NCBI RefSeq assembly: GCF_000007005.1
Contig: NC_002754.1
DNA: 64,000 nt
Direction: 5' to 3' (one strand)
DNA from: Saccharolobus solfataricus P2
GTDB lineage: Archaea > Thermoproteota > Thermoprotei_A > Sulfolobales > Sulfolobaceae
The translations under genes and the position numbers were made by a program. Numbering within the stretch: position 1 is the first letter of the stretch; the number at the start of each line of letters is the position of its first letter. The notes beneath the pieces were generated by a model. That model was given only the letters and a program-made list of their open reading frames with translations, searched no databases and was not told the DNA's origin. Shown here piece by piece: positions 10,687 through 20,902 of this stretch.

Positions 10687-11379
10687 AACGGAGTCATGGA
10701 GTCCCTCGCTTTAACCCTTCCCTGTTCGCCTCCTCCCTAGACCTCCCCTCCCCGCTTGATAATACTAAACAGATGATATTACCCTCTATATACAAACTCC
10801 TTTTTAACCATGCTTCTCGTTTAATCTAAAAATTTTTTGATAATCATGTTGAAATAAGCCGATTTTCACAACCATAACTCGATATTTTCCCCTACCATAG
10901 AAATTACATCATTTCTAGTAAAATTGGTGAAACACAACTGGCATATTATTTGCCATAAACGGACTTATGATTGTAGCATTCCAAGATCTGGTTGGCAGAC
11001 TTATAAGTAAGAGGATGTGGTTAATCGTAATCGGGACGCTAATTTATACCTCTGGATATTTCGGAGTCGCATTTATCAGTAACTTTCTAGTCGCATCCAT
11101 TGACATTGCGATTATAACTATCGCTGAAATGATAGTGACACCACTGTCACAAGCCATTGCCAATTCTTTAACAAATCAGAGTTCTAGGGGGAGACAAATT
11201 GGATTATATAGTATGGTTACTGGAATTGGTAGGGTATCCGGTTCGTCATTAATAAGTGAGCTTATGAACTATTATTTATACACTCCCGTCATTTTATGGG
11301 GAATAATGTCTTCCTTTGGTCTTGTTTCTGCAGCTATTTATTTGTACCAAATAAAAATAAAAAGGATAAAAATTTAATA

Positions 11380-11796
11380 TTAACTCATTCCAGCTTTAGA
11401 TTTTTGCTTAATCAATTTGTACATTGCCGCTAAAATCACCACTCCAATCAAGTCATCTATCGGTATACCAAAATGCACTGGATAAAACCAGGCCCATGAA
11501 AACGGTAGCTTAAGATCAACTATCCAATACATAATATCCTCAACTATTGACCCGTAAATTAAGTACCATACAGTCTCAACGGATAGTAGTTTACCCGATG
11601 CAAGATATGAAGGAAATCCAAAAATTAAAATATAAATTACTCTGTAGAAATAAAGTGATACTGTTGGAGTGAATACGCTTTTCATCCACGCTGGTGAGCT
11701 TAAAACCTTGGAAGGATCCCATTGTATTCCTAGTTCGAGGATAGCGTAAATAAACGAGAAAACAGTCATAATTGTTAATCCTCTTCTATTAATCAT
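11380..11796 (-). CDS. Hypothetical membrane protein, 138 aa
   Basis: About four hydrophobic segments; EDIMYW motif; no recognised family. Confidence 0.7.
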   Translation of the reverse strand: MINRRGLTIMTVFSFIYAILELGIQWDPSKVLSSPAWMKSVFTPTVSLYFYRVIYILIFGFPSYLASGKLLSVETVWYLIYGSIVEDIMYWIVDLKLPFSWAWFYPVHFGIPIDDLIGVVILAAMYKLIKQKSKAGMS

Positions 11797-11829
11797 AATC
11801 TTAAAACTTACCTAGACTACTATATATCT

Positions 11830-12015
11830 ATGTTGGATAAAGTGAGGGAGATTGTAAGGAAAATTGACCCAAATGCAGAAATACAAATTAGCAGGAACAA
11901 AAAATTTACGAAAATAAGGGTGAAAAGCAATAGATACTGTGATAGAGCTAAGATTTGGATTTCTTTATATGAGTTATTTAAAGATCATGAAGGCATCATA
12001 ATAGAGGTAGAATGA
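11830..12015 (+). CDS. Small hypothetical protein, 61 aa
   Basis: ATG preceded by a TATA-like tract; globular composition; overlaps the convergent gene end by 20 nt. Confidence 0.45.
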   Translation: MLDKVREIVRKIDPNAEIQISRNKKFTKIRVKSNRYCDRAKIWISLYELFKDHEGIIIEVE

Positions 12016-12553
12016 TGACAATACCTAATAATAATACCGTAATTAAGTAGAAATAATCAAAATTATATTCAGTCAATTTTAAGAGAATTTTATTATTTTT
12101 CACAGATAAACAATACGTAGTTTCCCTTACAATTATTACTGTAATAGGTAAAAGGATAAGACTTGGTTTTGAGAGAATTGAGAGGGTGAGAAGTATTATA
12201 AAATTCATCTGAATTATCGAATTTATGGCCGACCATTGAATAACGTTTAATATTTTAGGTCTCATATTGCTGGGATAGTGGAGAACTTTACCTATTACGA
12301 GTTTTATTAGCACGTGTACCAATAAAAGAGAAAACATTATTCCTCTAGTTAATATATTATCGCTAATGTTGAGCCATTCTACTATCAAAATACCTACTAT
12401 ATAGTATGTAATAGTTGATACGATAGGGACTACGTATGATTCCTTCACCTTTCTAAATGAGTAAAAATAATAAGAAAAAAGTAATCCCTTATAGGGATCT
12501 AGCCCCTCTACTATCCCTAGGCTAAGGATAGCAATAAGAGTCAGAGGAAGCAT
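11996..12553 (-). CDS. Membrane protein coupled to the SBP56 gene
   Basis: Overlaps the SBP56 3' end. N-terminal LGIVEGLDPYKGLLF resembles the LGxxHGLNPxMGWLF start of membrane proteins I recall downstream of SBP56 genes. Confidence 0.65.
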   Translation of the reverse strand: MLPLTLIAILSLGIVEGLDPYKGLLFSYYFYSFRKVKESYVVPIVSTITYYIVGILIVEWLNISDNILTRGIMFSLLLVHVLIKLVIGKVLHYPSNMRPKILNVIQWSAINSIIQMNFIILLTLSILSKPSLILLPITVIIVRETTYCLSVKNNKILLKLTEYNFDYFYLITVLLLGIVIILPLL

Positions 12554-13922
12554 CTCCTCCCCTTAACCTAACTTGATGCGACCTAGCCTCTCCAAAATCC
12601 ACGAAGAACTCCTTATCCACATCTAGACCTCCATCTGGATTAGCATTTAGTTTAACCATCCATCCCTTTAAGCCCTCTGGATAGAATTGATTATCCCAAG
12701 TACTATATAGGGAATTGGTAACGTAAACTCTTTTTCCGTCCCTACTGATTTCAATCATCTGAGGAGCTCCAGTAAGTTTATGATCTGAGGGATGGTCAGC
12801 CCTATGAAATATACCTCCCAATTTTACCTTTCCAGTAAGTACTGGTTTAAATGGATTACTCACGTCGTACTGCCTAATCTCTCCTATACCCCATAAGCTA
12901 ACGTAAAGGAACTTATCATCAAGGCTTAAGTCTATATCAGTAACTAATGGTGGTACAGCCTTAAATGGTTTCAATATCTCAGGCAGTCCTCCCTCAGTAG
13001 GTTCCGCAGGGATTTCAATAACCTTTTCCCCATTCCATTTACCATCTTCGTAGTACCATAACCAGATTGAACTGCTCAGATCCTTTAGGCTTACTACCAT
13101 ATTTATGAATCCCATGAGTTTAGTTGGGTCATGTAGGGGTCTAAGCTCTAACGCCATCCTATTCTCTTCACCAAGGGTTACGCTTGATACCTTCTTTCTT
13201 CTCCTCAAGTCCCAGAAGTGTATCCTATTTCCATATCTATCTTTAAGATGTTCCAATCGAAGCCCGTTCTCAATAGTGTTTGGCACTGCCCACTCACTAG
13301 TTACCATTACTTCATTTGGTAAATTCCACCAGAAATCGTAAGCCAAATATTGGTCACTCCTATCTATCTCCCACTTGCCTAAAGGTTCAAAACTGTAATG
13401 GTCTAACATTAAAATTCCTCCTGGACCCTCACCGTTTTCATTGCCAAAAGCACTTATGTAGATACCATCTGGCCCACAATGTACTGTATGTAGCCTACTG
13501 TAGCCCGTTACTTTCTTAACCTCCTCTGGTTCTATAGTTTTAACTATATTAGGCTGTCTAGGGTTTAATTTTGTATCTACTATATAAATCCTTGAGGAAC
13601 GTAAACCGGGTACAACTAAGAATCTTCTCTCAAAATTTGGTCTTCCATTAGGGCATAAGGCGGAACTACAAGCATTCCAACCAAAATGGTGCAGCTCATC
13701 ATTGACATATGATAATTCAACCTTATGGATTACCTTAGAATAAGTTTCCGATTCAGGCTTTACATCAACTACTGCTATGAAATCTGGCCTATTTATTCCA
13801 GTTCCAGTGTATAAGCAAGCAACATAAGCTAAGTCCTCTGGAGGTGATTTCATGGCCATCTTTGGAGATGGATAAAACGTTGGATCTCTCTTAAAGGGAG
13901 CAAAAACTGACGGTAATTCCAT
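12522..13922 (-). CDS. Selenium-binding protein SBP56 / methanethiol oxidase-like beta-propeller
   Basis: DELHHFGWNACSS, HTVHC, YDFWW, GAPQMIEISRDGKRVYVTNSLYSTWDNQFYP and GGDASSDSY are SBP56 hallmarks. Confidence 0.92.
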   Translation of the reverse strand: MELPSVFAPFKRDPTFYPSPKMAMKSPPEDLAYVACLYTGTGINRPDFIAVVDVKPESETYSKVIHKVELSYVNDELHHFGWNACSSALCPNGRPNFERRFLVVPGLRSSRIYIVDTKLNPRQPNIVKTIEPEEVKKVTGYSRLHTVHCGPDGIYISAFGNENGEGPGGILMLDHYSFEPLGKWEIDRSDQYLAYDFWWNLPNEVMVTSEWAVPNTIENGLRLEHLKDRYGNRIHFWDLRRRKKVSSVTLGEENRMALELRPLHDPTKLMGFINMVVSLKDLSSSIWLWYYEDGKWNGEKVIEIPAEPTEGGLPEILKPFKAVPPLVTDIDLSLDDKFLYVSLWGIGEIRQYDVSNPFKPVLTGKVKLGGIFHRADHPSDHKLTGAPQMIEISRDGKRVYVTNSLYSTWDNQFYPEGLKGWMVKLNANPDGGLDVDKEFFVDFGEARSHQVRLRGGDASSDSYCYP

Positions 13923-13945
13923 TAAAGTTATTTTGTATCTAAACC

Positions 13946-13973
13946 TTATAAAGTTTTATTATTTGTGCAAATT
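13946..13973 (-). promoter_or_regulatory. SBP56 promoter: TATA box TTTATAA (13952-13946) with upstream motif AATTTGCACAAATA (13973-13960)
   Basis: TATA starts 30 nt before the ATG. The 14-mer is identical to one in the sat promoter. Confidence 0.6.
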
Positions 13974-14415
13974 ATTGAGGTTGAACATTCATGTTAATTT
14001 TCTTATCCCTTATTATGTACCACGTTCCCAATCCAATCGCCCCAAGACTTCCCTCAACGTCTTTAAAAGTAATCTCCACTGTAACTGCAGTTCTACCTTT
14101 TCTTATTACATTTGCTTCAACAGTAAACGGCCCCCTATACATTGGCTCTAGGAAATTTACCTTTAGTTCTTGTGTTACCTGATCCATTCCATCGTTTATT
14201 GATAGAACTGCCAATCCACCTGTGTAGTCTATGGACGCAACTATCATTCCACCATTTAGAATATTTCCCCTTCTTGTCAGCTCCTTCTTGAACGGTATTT
14301 GTGTTTTAGCATATCCCTCCTTTATCTCTAAAATTTTCACACCTAAATAATGAAATACATAATCGCTATCGTATCTCTGTAAAATTTTTTCAATATCATA
14401 GTTTTGAGAATCCAT
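13972..14415 (-). CDS. PaaI-family (hotdog fold) acyl-CoA thioesterase
   Basis: [32 protein letters not shown]. Confidence 0.88.
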   Translation of the reverse strand: MDSQNYDIEKILQRYDSDYVFHYLGVKILEIKEGYAKTQIPFKKELTRRGNILNGGMIVASIDYTGGLAVLSINDGMDQVTQELKVNFLEPMYRGPFTVEANVIRKGRTAVTVEITFKDVEGSLGAIGLGTWYIIRDKKINMNVQPQ

Positions 14416-14489
14416 TGATATAATAATGTATAAGCATTCTTAAAAATCTACCTACATAGAATTATAAAAAAATATTAATTTCTTGTATC

Positions 14490-16490
14490 TTATTTGTTGA
14501 TCTTTTCAAACTCTGCCTTAAACTCCTCTAAAGCTTTTTTAATCTCCTCTACAGAAGCCTCATCCTCTAATGTAGTTATATCTCCCACTTCTGCCCTAGT
14601 TGCAACAGCCCTTACAACTCTTCTCATTATCTTTCCACTTCTCGTTTTAGGCAACTTACCCACGAAGAATATCTTATCTATAGTAGCTATAGGTCCCACC
14701 TTATCTCTTACCGTCTTCAGTATCTCTTGTGAAAGCTGCGTATTAGGTGTATAACCTTGCCTCAAAATTACAAACGCATAAGGCACCTCTCCCTTAACTG
14801 GGTCTGGGACTCCAATTACCGCTGCTTCCGCAACTGCAGGATGCTCAATTAAAGCTGATTCTAACTCATATGTACCTAGCCTATGCCCAGCTACCTTGAT
14901 AACTTCATCAGCCCTCCCTAATATCCAGAAGTATCCATCCTTGTCCTTAACAGCGTAATCACCAACATAGAACATTCCAGGGAATCTACTCCAATACACC
15001 TTCACGTATCTTTCAGGATCCTTGTAAATTGTTAATGGCATTCCAGGCCACGGATTCTTTATAACAAGATATCCTCTTTCCTCAAGGTTAACTTGTTTCC
15101 CATCTTCATTAACTACATCTGGCTCAATTCCCAATATTGGTGGGCCATTTGTCCCAGGTTTCATTGGCACAAGATACAATCCTGGTAAATGAGATATTAG
15201 AATACCTCCAGTCTCAGTCATCCACCAAGTGCTTCCAAATGGTACCTCCTCTCTACCGACTAATTTCCATAGCCACTCCCAAGCTTCCGGATTTATTGGT
15301 TCACCTACAGAATGCATTAGCCTAACAGTGGAGGTAATGTGAGCCTTAACCCAATTATCACCATATTTCATGAAGCTTCTAATTGCAGTGGGTGAGGTAT
15401 AAAGGATTGTGATCCCATACCTTTCAATTATCGATACCCACCTATCCGGTTGTGGATAATCCAAGGCTCCTTCATACATTATTTCAGTTGCTCCTTCCAT
15501 TAATGGTCCAAACACAATGTAAGAGTGTCCAGTAACCCATCCTATATCTGCGGTACACCAGTAAATGTCGTCATCCCTTATATCGAATACCCACTTCATT
15601 GTAGCGTGTAATAATGTCATATACCCTCCAATATCGTGGACTATACCCTTAGGTTTTCCAGTGGTTCCAGAGGTGTAGAGTATATATAACGGGTCTTCAG
15701 ATTTCATCCTTTCTGGTTCAACGTAAACATTTTGTGGAATGTCCTTGATTACTTCATCAAAGTACTTATCCCTACCTTCAACCATGTTGACCTTATTACC
15801 TATCCTTCTAACTACTATTACATCCTTTATTGTTGGGGTCTTCTCCAAAGCCTTATCTACAATTCCCTTTAAGTCAACAACTTTACCCCTTCTCCATCCA
15901 CCATCTGCGGTAATTAGTAACTTGGCTTCGGCGTCATTAATCCTACTTGCCAATGCGTCAGCGCTAAATCCTGAGAACACCACCGTAAAGACTACTCCGA
16001 TCCTAGCAGCAGCTAACATGAATATTGGTAATTCCGGTATCATTGGAAGGTAAATCGCTATTGCATCACCTTTCTTTAACCCGTATTTCTCCTTCAAGAG
16101 ATAGGCTACTCTATTAACTTCCCTATATAGATCGTAATATGTTAACTTCCTAACCTCCTTTGGGTTTCCCTTCTCGTCCACTGGTTCTCCTTCCCATATT
16201 ATGGCAACCTTATTCTTCCTCCAGCTCTTAACGTGCCTATCTACAGTTAGATAAGAGGCGTTAAGCTCTCCACCTACGAACCACTTATAGAATGGAGGAT
16301 TACTATCGTCTAGTGTTTTCTCCCATGGTTTGAACCAGTCAATTTCCGAGGCTACAGATGCCCAAAATTGTTTGTAATCTTTTACCGTTTGGCTGTGAAT
16401 CTCTTTATACGTAGTTATACTTACTAGCCTATTTAAATTCAGTTTTGGGTTTATCTTTTGATCAAAAGGTAGAGCCCACGTTACTGACAT
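14490..16490 (-). CDS. acs: Acetyl-CoA synthetase (AMP-forming)
   Basis: YTSGTTGKPKG, WCTADIGWVTGHSY, WWMTETGG, PKTRSGKIMRR. Confidence 0.95.
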   Translation of the reverse strand: MSVTWALPFDQKINPKLNLNRLVSITTYKEIHSQTVKDYKQFWASVASEIDWFKPWEKTLDDSNPPFYKWFVGGELNASYLTVDRHVKSWRKNKVAIIWEGEPVDEKGNPKEVRKLTYYDLYREVNRVAYLLKEKYGLKKGDAIAIYLPMIPELPIFMLAAARIGVVFTVVFSGFSADALASRINDAEAKLLITADGGWRRGKVVDLKGIVDKALEKTPTIKDVIVVRRIGNKVNMVEGRDKYFDEVIKDIPQNVYVEPERMKSEDPLYILYTSGTTGKPKGIVHDIGGYMTLLHATMKWVFDIRDDDIYWCTADIGWVTGHSYIVFGPLMEGATEIMYEGALDYPQPDRWVSIIERYGITILYTSPTAIRSFMKYGDNWVKAHITSTVRLMHSVGEPINPEAWEWLWKLVGREEVPFGSTWWMTETGGILISHLPGLYLVPMKPGTNGPPILGIEPDVVNEDGKQVNLEERGYLVIKNPWPGMPLTIYKDPERYVKVYWSRFPGMFYVGDYAVKDKDGYFWILGRADEVIKVAGHRLGTYELESALIEHPAVAEAAVIGVPDPVKGEVPYAFVILRQGYTPNTQLSQEILKTVRDKVGPIATIDKIFFVGKLPKTRSGKIMRRVVRAVATRAEVGDITTLEDEASVEEIKKALEEFKAEFEKINK

Positions 16491-16583
16491 ATGTTATATA
16501 ATGGAATTCTAGGTAATAAATGTTAAGTAGAATACTGTAAGGTAATAAACTTTATAAGTATATTATTGCTATATAAAGATGTC

Positions 16584-17144
16584 ATGACAGAACAAAAAAG
16601 GGCAAATCCAGCCCCCTTAGGACTTTCTGGTTTCGCACTAACTACACTCGTGTTATCTACCTTCAATGCAGGGTTAATAACACAAGGGGCATCTGTTGTG
16701 TTGGGACTAGCAGCGTTTTATGGAGGATTGGCTCAACTACTAGCCGGAATATTGGAATGGAGGGCAGGGAACACTTTTGGCTATACTGCCTTCTTTACTT
16801 ATGGTGCATTTTGGGAGTGGTATTTCCTAACTGCGGGAGGATTTTTTGGAGGAGTCACACCTCAAGCTATAGGCTTGGTATTAATTGCGTTTGGAATCTT
16901 TACGCTAGCAATGTGGTTTGGCACGTTTAAGGCAAATCTAGGATTATTCATGACATTTCTATTACTGTGGATAACGTTCTTCCTACTTGGAGTAGGAGCT
17001 ATGATTGGAAATGTTGGATTATCCCATGCCGGTGGATATGTAGGAATATTAACGGCAATTGCAGCCTGGTATACTGGACTCGCTATTGTAGTAGCTGAGA
17101 GCTTAGGCAAGAGTCCTCCAGTAGGAAGACCAATAATGAAATAA
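16584..17144 (+). CDS. satP: Acetate uptake transporter, GPR1/FUN34/YaaH (SatP) family (ORF track extends to a TTG at 16566)
   Basis: [11 protein letters not shown] signature; divergent from acs. Confidence 0.9.
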   Translation: MTEQKRANPAPLGLSGFALTTLVLSTFNAGLITQGASVVLGLAAFYGGLAQLLAGILEWRAGNTFGYTAFFTYGAFWEWYFLTAGGFFGGVTPQAIGLVLIAFGIFTLAMWFGTFKANLGLFMTFLLLWITFFLLGVGAMIGNVGLSHAGGYVGILTAIAAWYTGLAIVVAESLGKSPPVGRPIMK

Positions 17145-17173
17145 AAAATTATTTACATTTTTTAGCTTGAATC

Positions 17174-17488
17174 TTATTGTAGTAATTTTTTCATTAATTC
17201 ATAAAAGTTTTCATAAGGATGAATTGCGGTTACTTCTATTGTTAGTGAATGACCGAGCTCTTTAACTATTGGTAGGGTCTCTAAAATCCCATCTAATTCC
17301 TCATGAGAGTTAACATCTATTATTGCTACAACCTCTCTTCTTCCAGTTACCTTATACAAACCCTTTATCTTCCCAGCCTTAACTGCTGGCATTGCTGCCT
17401 CAGCTTCTCTTTTCCATATTTCCATTAACTGCTTTTGCGTTATATTAGTTGGTTGTTTTATCTTAAACCATAGAAGGAATAGCATCAA
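17174..17488 (-). CDS. Muconolactone delta-isomerase-like protein
   Basis: IWKREAEAA...LYKVTGRREVVAIIDVNSHEELDGILETLP pattern of the MIase/DUF3303 fold. Confidence 0.7.
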   Translation of the reverse strand: MMLFLLWFKIKQPTNITQKQLMEIWKREAEAAMPAVKAGKIKGLYKVTGRREVVAIIDVNSHEELDGILETLPIVKELGHSLTIEVTAIHPYENFYELMKKLLQ

Positions 17489-17545
17489 ATAATATTAAGT
17501 TTAGTTACTTATAAATTGATTTGTTTGTTTGTAAGTGAATTATAT

Positions 17546-17887
17546 CTACTTATATTTTTGTCCTCTCTCAAATCCATAAAGTACTGAAAAATTAGATACG
17601 ATTCCAATTGCCAAAAGGAGATGAATTATGGAGATTATTGGAGAAGCGTTTATGGTATATAGATACCCTAATGCGCCAGTAATCACTATCAATCCAATAT
17701 TTCCTGCAAGGATTCTCTTTTCCATTTGTAGTTTTACCCTAAAATAACCATAGATCGCTAGTGCTAAAAGTATAATTGCAACAAAGACGTGAAGTAGCAA
17801 TAGATAAGGAGAGTTGTAAAAAACGATTATATTTCCTAAAAGTGTTTGTAAAATAGCTATTCCAGCACTAACTAGCCATATGTTCAA
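17546..17887 (-). CDS. Small four-TM hypothetical membrane protein
   Basis: Hydrophobic; two TM His (LLHVF, IIHLL); 4-nt overlap with the upstream gene. Confidence 0.7.
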   Translation of the reverse strand: MNIWLVSAGIAILQTLLGNIIVFYNSPYLLLLHVFVAIILLALAIYGYFRVKLQMEKRILAGNIGLIVITGALGYLYTINASPIISIIHLLLAIGIVSNFSVLYGFERGQKYK

Positions 17888-18237
17888 AACGTTATTACCT
17901 CATATCCTTGATTGACGTAATAGGATACTCTCTCACCGGCTGGCATCAATGACACTCCTAAATTCTCTAGATGTGGCTTTATGTTCATTGCCTGCGCAAC
18001 TCCTATGCAAGCAGAGTCTACTATTTTATTTTGAAGGAGCTCTTGGAACATGTTTTTCATATCGCCATCCAATTGTGTTAATTTCTTCTGACTTGGTCCG
18101 AAATATATCACTTTAACGTCTTCATATCTCTTATTTTTCACTGAGTTATAAGCCATTCTCATTGCTAGATCGAACTTCTCGTCTCCAGACATTATTAAGA
18201 AGAGGACTTTTGCCATATTTTCATCTTTTAAAATCAC
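17884..18237 (-). CDS. DsrE/DsrF-like protein
   Basis: VLFLIMSG...VKVIYFGPS...SACIGVA...GYEVITF pattern with a single Cys. Confidence 0.75.
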   Translation of the reverse strand: MILKDENMAKVLFLIMSGDEKFDLAMRMAYNSVKNKRYEDVKVIYFGPSQKKLTQLDGDMKNMFQELLQNKIVDSACIGVAQAMNIKPHLENLGVSLMPAGERVSYYVNQGYEVITF

Positions 18238-18247
18238 ATTAAAAAGT

Positions 18248-19072
18248 TTAACTTAATAATGTTCTTGATCTAGAGATTAAAATTCCCAAAAACATCAAGA
18301 AAATGCCGAATAACTGTATAGGAAAAGGTAAAACGTGGTACAGTAGGAACTCTACTAGAGTAGTTAGAATAGGCACAGAGAAGCTGAGAACTGTTACCTT
18401 AGGTATCTTCTCAGCCTTAACCATCATGTTCCAAAGGAAGAAGGAAATGGCCCCACCTAAAGTTGAAGTATACGCGATTCCTATATAAAATTCTGGGTTT
18501 GGATCAATGTTATGGTGTATTGGGAGTAGTAATGCTAGGATTATGCTACCTATCGAGAATTGACTTGCATTTACTGTTATAGGATCGTAACCCTTTAATT
18601 TTCTGTAGAAAACTGTAAATAACCCCCAAAATAGGGCATTGACGATAGTTATAATTGAACCAAATAGTGTAAGACCATGAACCAATGGTAAACCGTATAA
18701 AATTACGCCTGAGAAACCTATTACTACTCCAACAATCTCAAGTACCGCGGGTCTTTCCAATAAGATGATAAAGGAAATGGGTATTGAAAACAAGGGCATT
18801 GTATAGCTTAGCACAGCTGACTCAGCTGGGCTTACATAAAGTAAACCATACGCCCATAATAATGATGATACTGTAGTGTAAACTGCCAATTGTATTACGT
18901 CTCTGTTAAAGAGAATCTTTCCCCTACTAATTGATAAAAATATAATAGAAGAGATAACATACCTAATGAGATTGAAAAAGATAGGTGATGAAAACGTTAT
19001 AGCATCCTTTGCGAAGTAGTAGTTAAATGACGTTATTGTTACATAAGGTAGCAGGTATTTTAATATTTTCAC
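18248..19072 (-). CDS. EamA/DMT-family transporter
   Basis: Ten-TM duplicated EamA pattern. Confidence 0.85.
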   Translation of the reverse strand: MKILKYLLPYVTITSFNYYFAKDAITFSSPIFFNLIRYVISSIIFLSISRGKILFNRDVIQLAVYTTVSSLLWAYGLLYVSPAESAVLSYTMPLFSIPISFIILLERPAVLEIVGVVIGFSGVILYGLPLVHGLTLFGSIITIVNALFWGLFTVFYRKLKGYDPITVNASQFSIGSIILALLLPIHHNIDPNPEFYIGIAYTSTLGGAISFFLWNMMVKAEKIPKVTVLSFSVPILTTLVEFLLYHVLPFPIQLFGIFLMFLGILISRSRTLLS

Positions 19073-19144
19073 GTGCTAAATGTTTGGGAGTAAACTTTAA
19101 AGTTACCTAACAAAAGTCAGCGTATTCATTTATAAATTTGTTTT

Positions 19145-20443
19145 ATGATATATTTTTTCATGGTTGATGCTGTAGAACTGTCAAGGAAATACGAGGGAAA
19201 AATTGAGATATATCCGAAAGTTCCTATCACCTCTTATAACGATTTCGCTCTCATATACACCCCAGGTGTTGCTGAGGTATCTAAGGCGATTTATAAGGAT
19301 CCGGATAAGAGCTTTGAGTTAACAAGTAGGTGGAACACGATAGCAGTAGTAACAGACGGAACTAGGGTTTTGGGATTAGGAAATATTGGCCCAACTGCAG
19401 CAATGCCAGTGATGGAAGGGAAATCTCTATTGTTCAAATACTTAGGAGGAGTTGACGCAATACCTTTGCCAATTAACGTAAAGAGTGCAGATGAGTTCAC
19501 AAATGTTGTAAAAGCTCTGGAAACGTCCTTTGGCGGGATTAATCTTGAAGATATTGAGTCACCAAAGTGTTTCTATATTCTGGAAAAATTGCAATCCATG
19601 TTGAATATTCCAGTATGGCATGATGATCAACAAGGTACTGCGGCAGCTATCCTAGCAGGGTTGATTAATGCGATGATATTAACCAATAAAGACCCTAAGG
19701 AAAGTAAAGTCGTATTTTACGGAGCTGGAGCATCAAATATTGCAGCAGCTAGAATTTTAGCTAAATATGGATTCAAATACGAAAATATTGTAATGATTGA
19801 TAGCAAAGGTCCATTGTATGCTGATAGAGAGGACGTAGATCACTTAATGTTACATCATAAGTGGAAGTACGAATTGGCTATAAAGACGAATAAATGGGAA
19901 GCTAAGGAGATAAAGGACGCGTTTAGTGGCGCAGATGCAGTAGTTGCGGCATCTACTCCAGGTCCCAATGTAATAAAGAAGGAATGGATAAGTCTGATGA
20001 ATAAGGAGGCAATAGTCTTTGCCTTAGCCAATCCAGTTCCAGAGATATGGCCGCAAGACGCTAAGGAGGCAGGAGCGAAGATTGTTGCAACGGGTAGAAG
20101 TGATTTCCCTAACCAAGTTAATAACTCCCTAATTTTCCCGGCAATATTTAGGGGAGTTTTGGATAGTAGAGCAAAGGCGATAACAGATGAGATGACGATT
20201 GCAGCCTCTGAGGCTCTAGCTAAATACGCTAGGGATAGGGGGATAAATGAGAACTACATAATACCTAGAATGGATGAATGGGAGGCGTTTTATGAGGAAG
20301 CAGCAGCAGTTGCTAGTAAGGCAGTAGAATTAGGGTTAGCTAGAGTTAAAAAGAGTAGAGAAGAGTTCAGGGAAATCGCTAAGGAGAGAATAATAAGGGC
20401 TAGGAAGATAATGAATTTGGTGATATCCACATGGTCACCATAA
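19145..20443 (+). CDS. NAD(P)-dependent malic enzyme
   Basis: [44 protein letters not shown]. Confidence 0.94.
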   Translation: MIYFFMVDAVELSRKYEGKIEIYPKVPITSYNDFALIYTPGVAEVSKAIYKDPDKSFELTSRWNTIAVVTDGTRVLGLGNIGPTAAMPVMEGKSLLFKYLGGVDAIPLPINVKSADEFTNVVKALETSFGGINLEDIESPKCFYILEKLQSMLNIPVWHDDQQGTAAAILAGLINAMILTNKDPKESKVVFYGAGASNIAAARILAKYGFKYENIVMIDSKGPLYADREDVDHLMLHHKWKYELAIKTNKWEAKEIKDAFSGADAVVAASTPGPNVIKKEWISLMNKEAIVFALANPVPEIWPQDAKEAGAKIVATGRSDFPNQVNNSLIFPAIFRGVLDSRAKAITDEMTIAASEALAKYARDRGINENYIIPRMDEWEAFYEEAAAVASKAVELGLARVKKSREEFREIAKERIIRARKIMNLVISTWSP

Positions 20444-20895
20444 GGAGGGCTACTAAAGAGGACGTCAAAACGTTAATAGATTTTTTCAGTAGGATGTATA
20501 GGTTAAACAGCGAATTCGATCCACTACTATTGACTCCAGAGAATTTGGAGGAAAGGATTAACAAAGTGGTAGAGAAGAGTCTTGAAGATCAAAATGAGAT
20601 GATAGTAGTAGCGGAAGATCAAGGTAGGATAGTTGGCGCTGCCAGGGTTTTAATAATAGATAGGATATTTTATACACCGGAAAAGGAAGCATTAATTAGG
20701 GAGTTTTACGTACATCCTTCATACAGAAGGCAGGGAGTAGGTAATGAGATAGTAAATTTCATAATAAGCGAGTTGAAAGAGAGGGGAATAGAGATACTAG
20801 GAGCTGAATTCCCTTCTAGAAATTTAATAGCAATTTCGTTCTATAGAAAAATGGGCTTCAGAGAAATATATTGTGAATTCGTTAAGAAAATTTAA
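20431..20895 (+). CDS. GNAT-family N-acetyltransferase
   Basis: [12 protein letters not shown] motif A and [10 protein letters not shown]; 13-nt overlap with malic enzyme. Confidence 0.9.
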   Translation: MVTIRRATKEDVKTLIDFFSRMYRLNSEFDPLLLTPENLEERINKVVEKSLEDQNEMIVVAEDQGRIVGAARVLIIDRIFYTPEKEALIREFYVHPSYRRQGVGNEIVNFIISELKERGIEILGAEFPSRNLIAISFYRKMGFREIYCEFVKKI

Positions 20896-20902
20896 CCATT
20901 TT

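Larger units (their letters stand above)
9421..10940 (-). mobile_element. ISC1439 (B-type) carrying a MITE; 9-bp TSD GCATATTAT
   Basis: IRs CAGTTGTGTTTCACCAAATT / AAATTGGTGAAACACAACTG. TSD at 9412-9420 and 10941-10949. 1520 bp minus the 81-bp insert = 1439. Confidence 0.93.
8718..11377 (+). pseudogene. MFS efflux-type transporter split by ISC1439 (8718-9420 + 10950-11377 = 376 aa open frame)
   Basis: GGIVVDYLGRR motif. Removing the IS plus one 9-bp TSD restores ...SILFAINGLMIVAFQD... and 1131 nt in frame. Confidence 0.9.
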
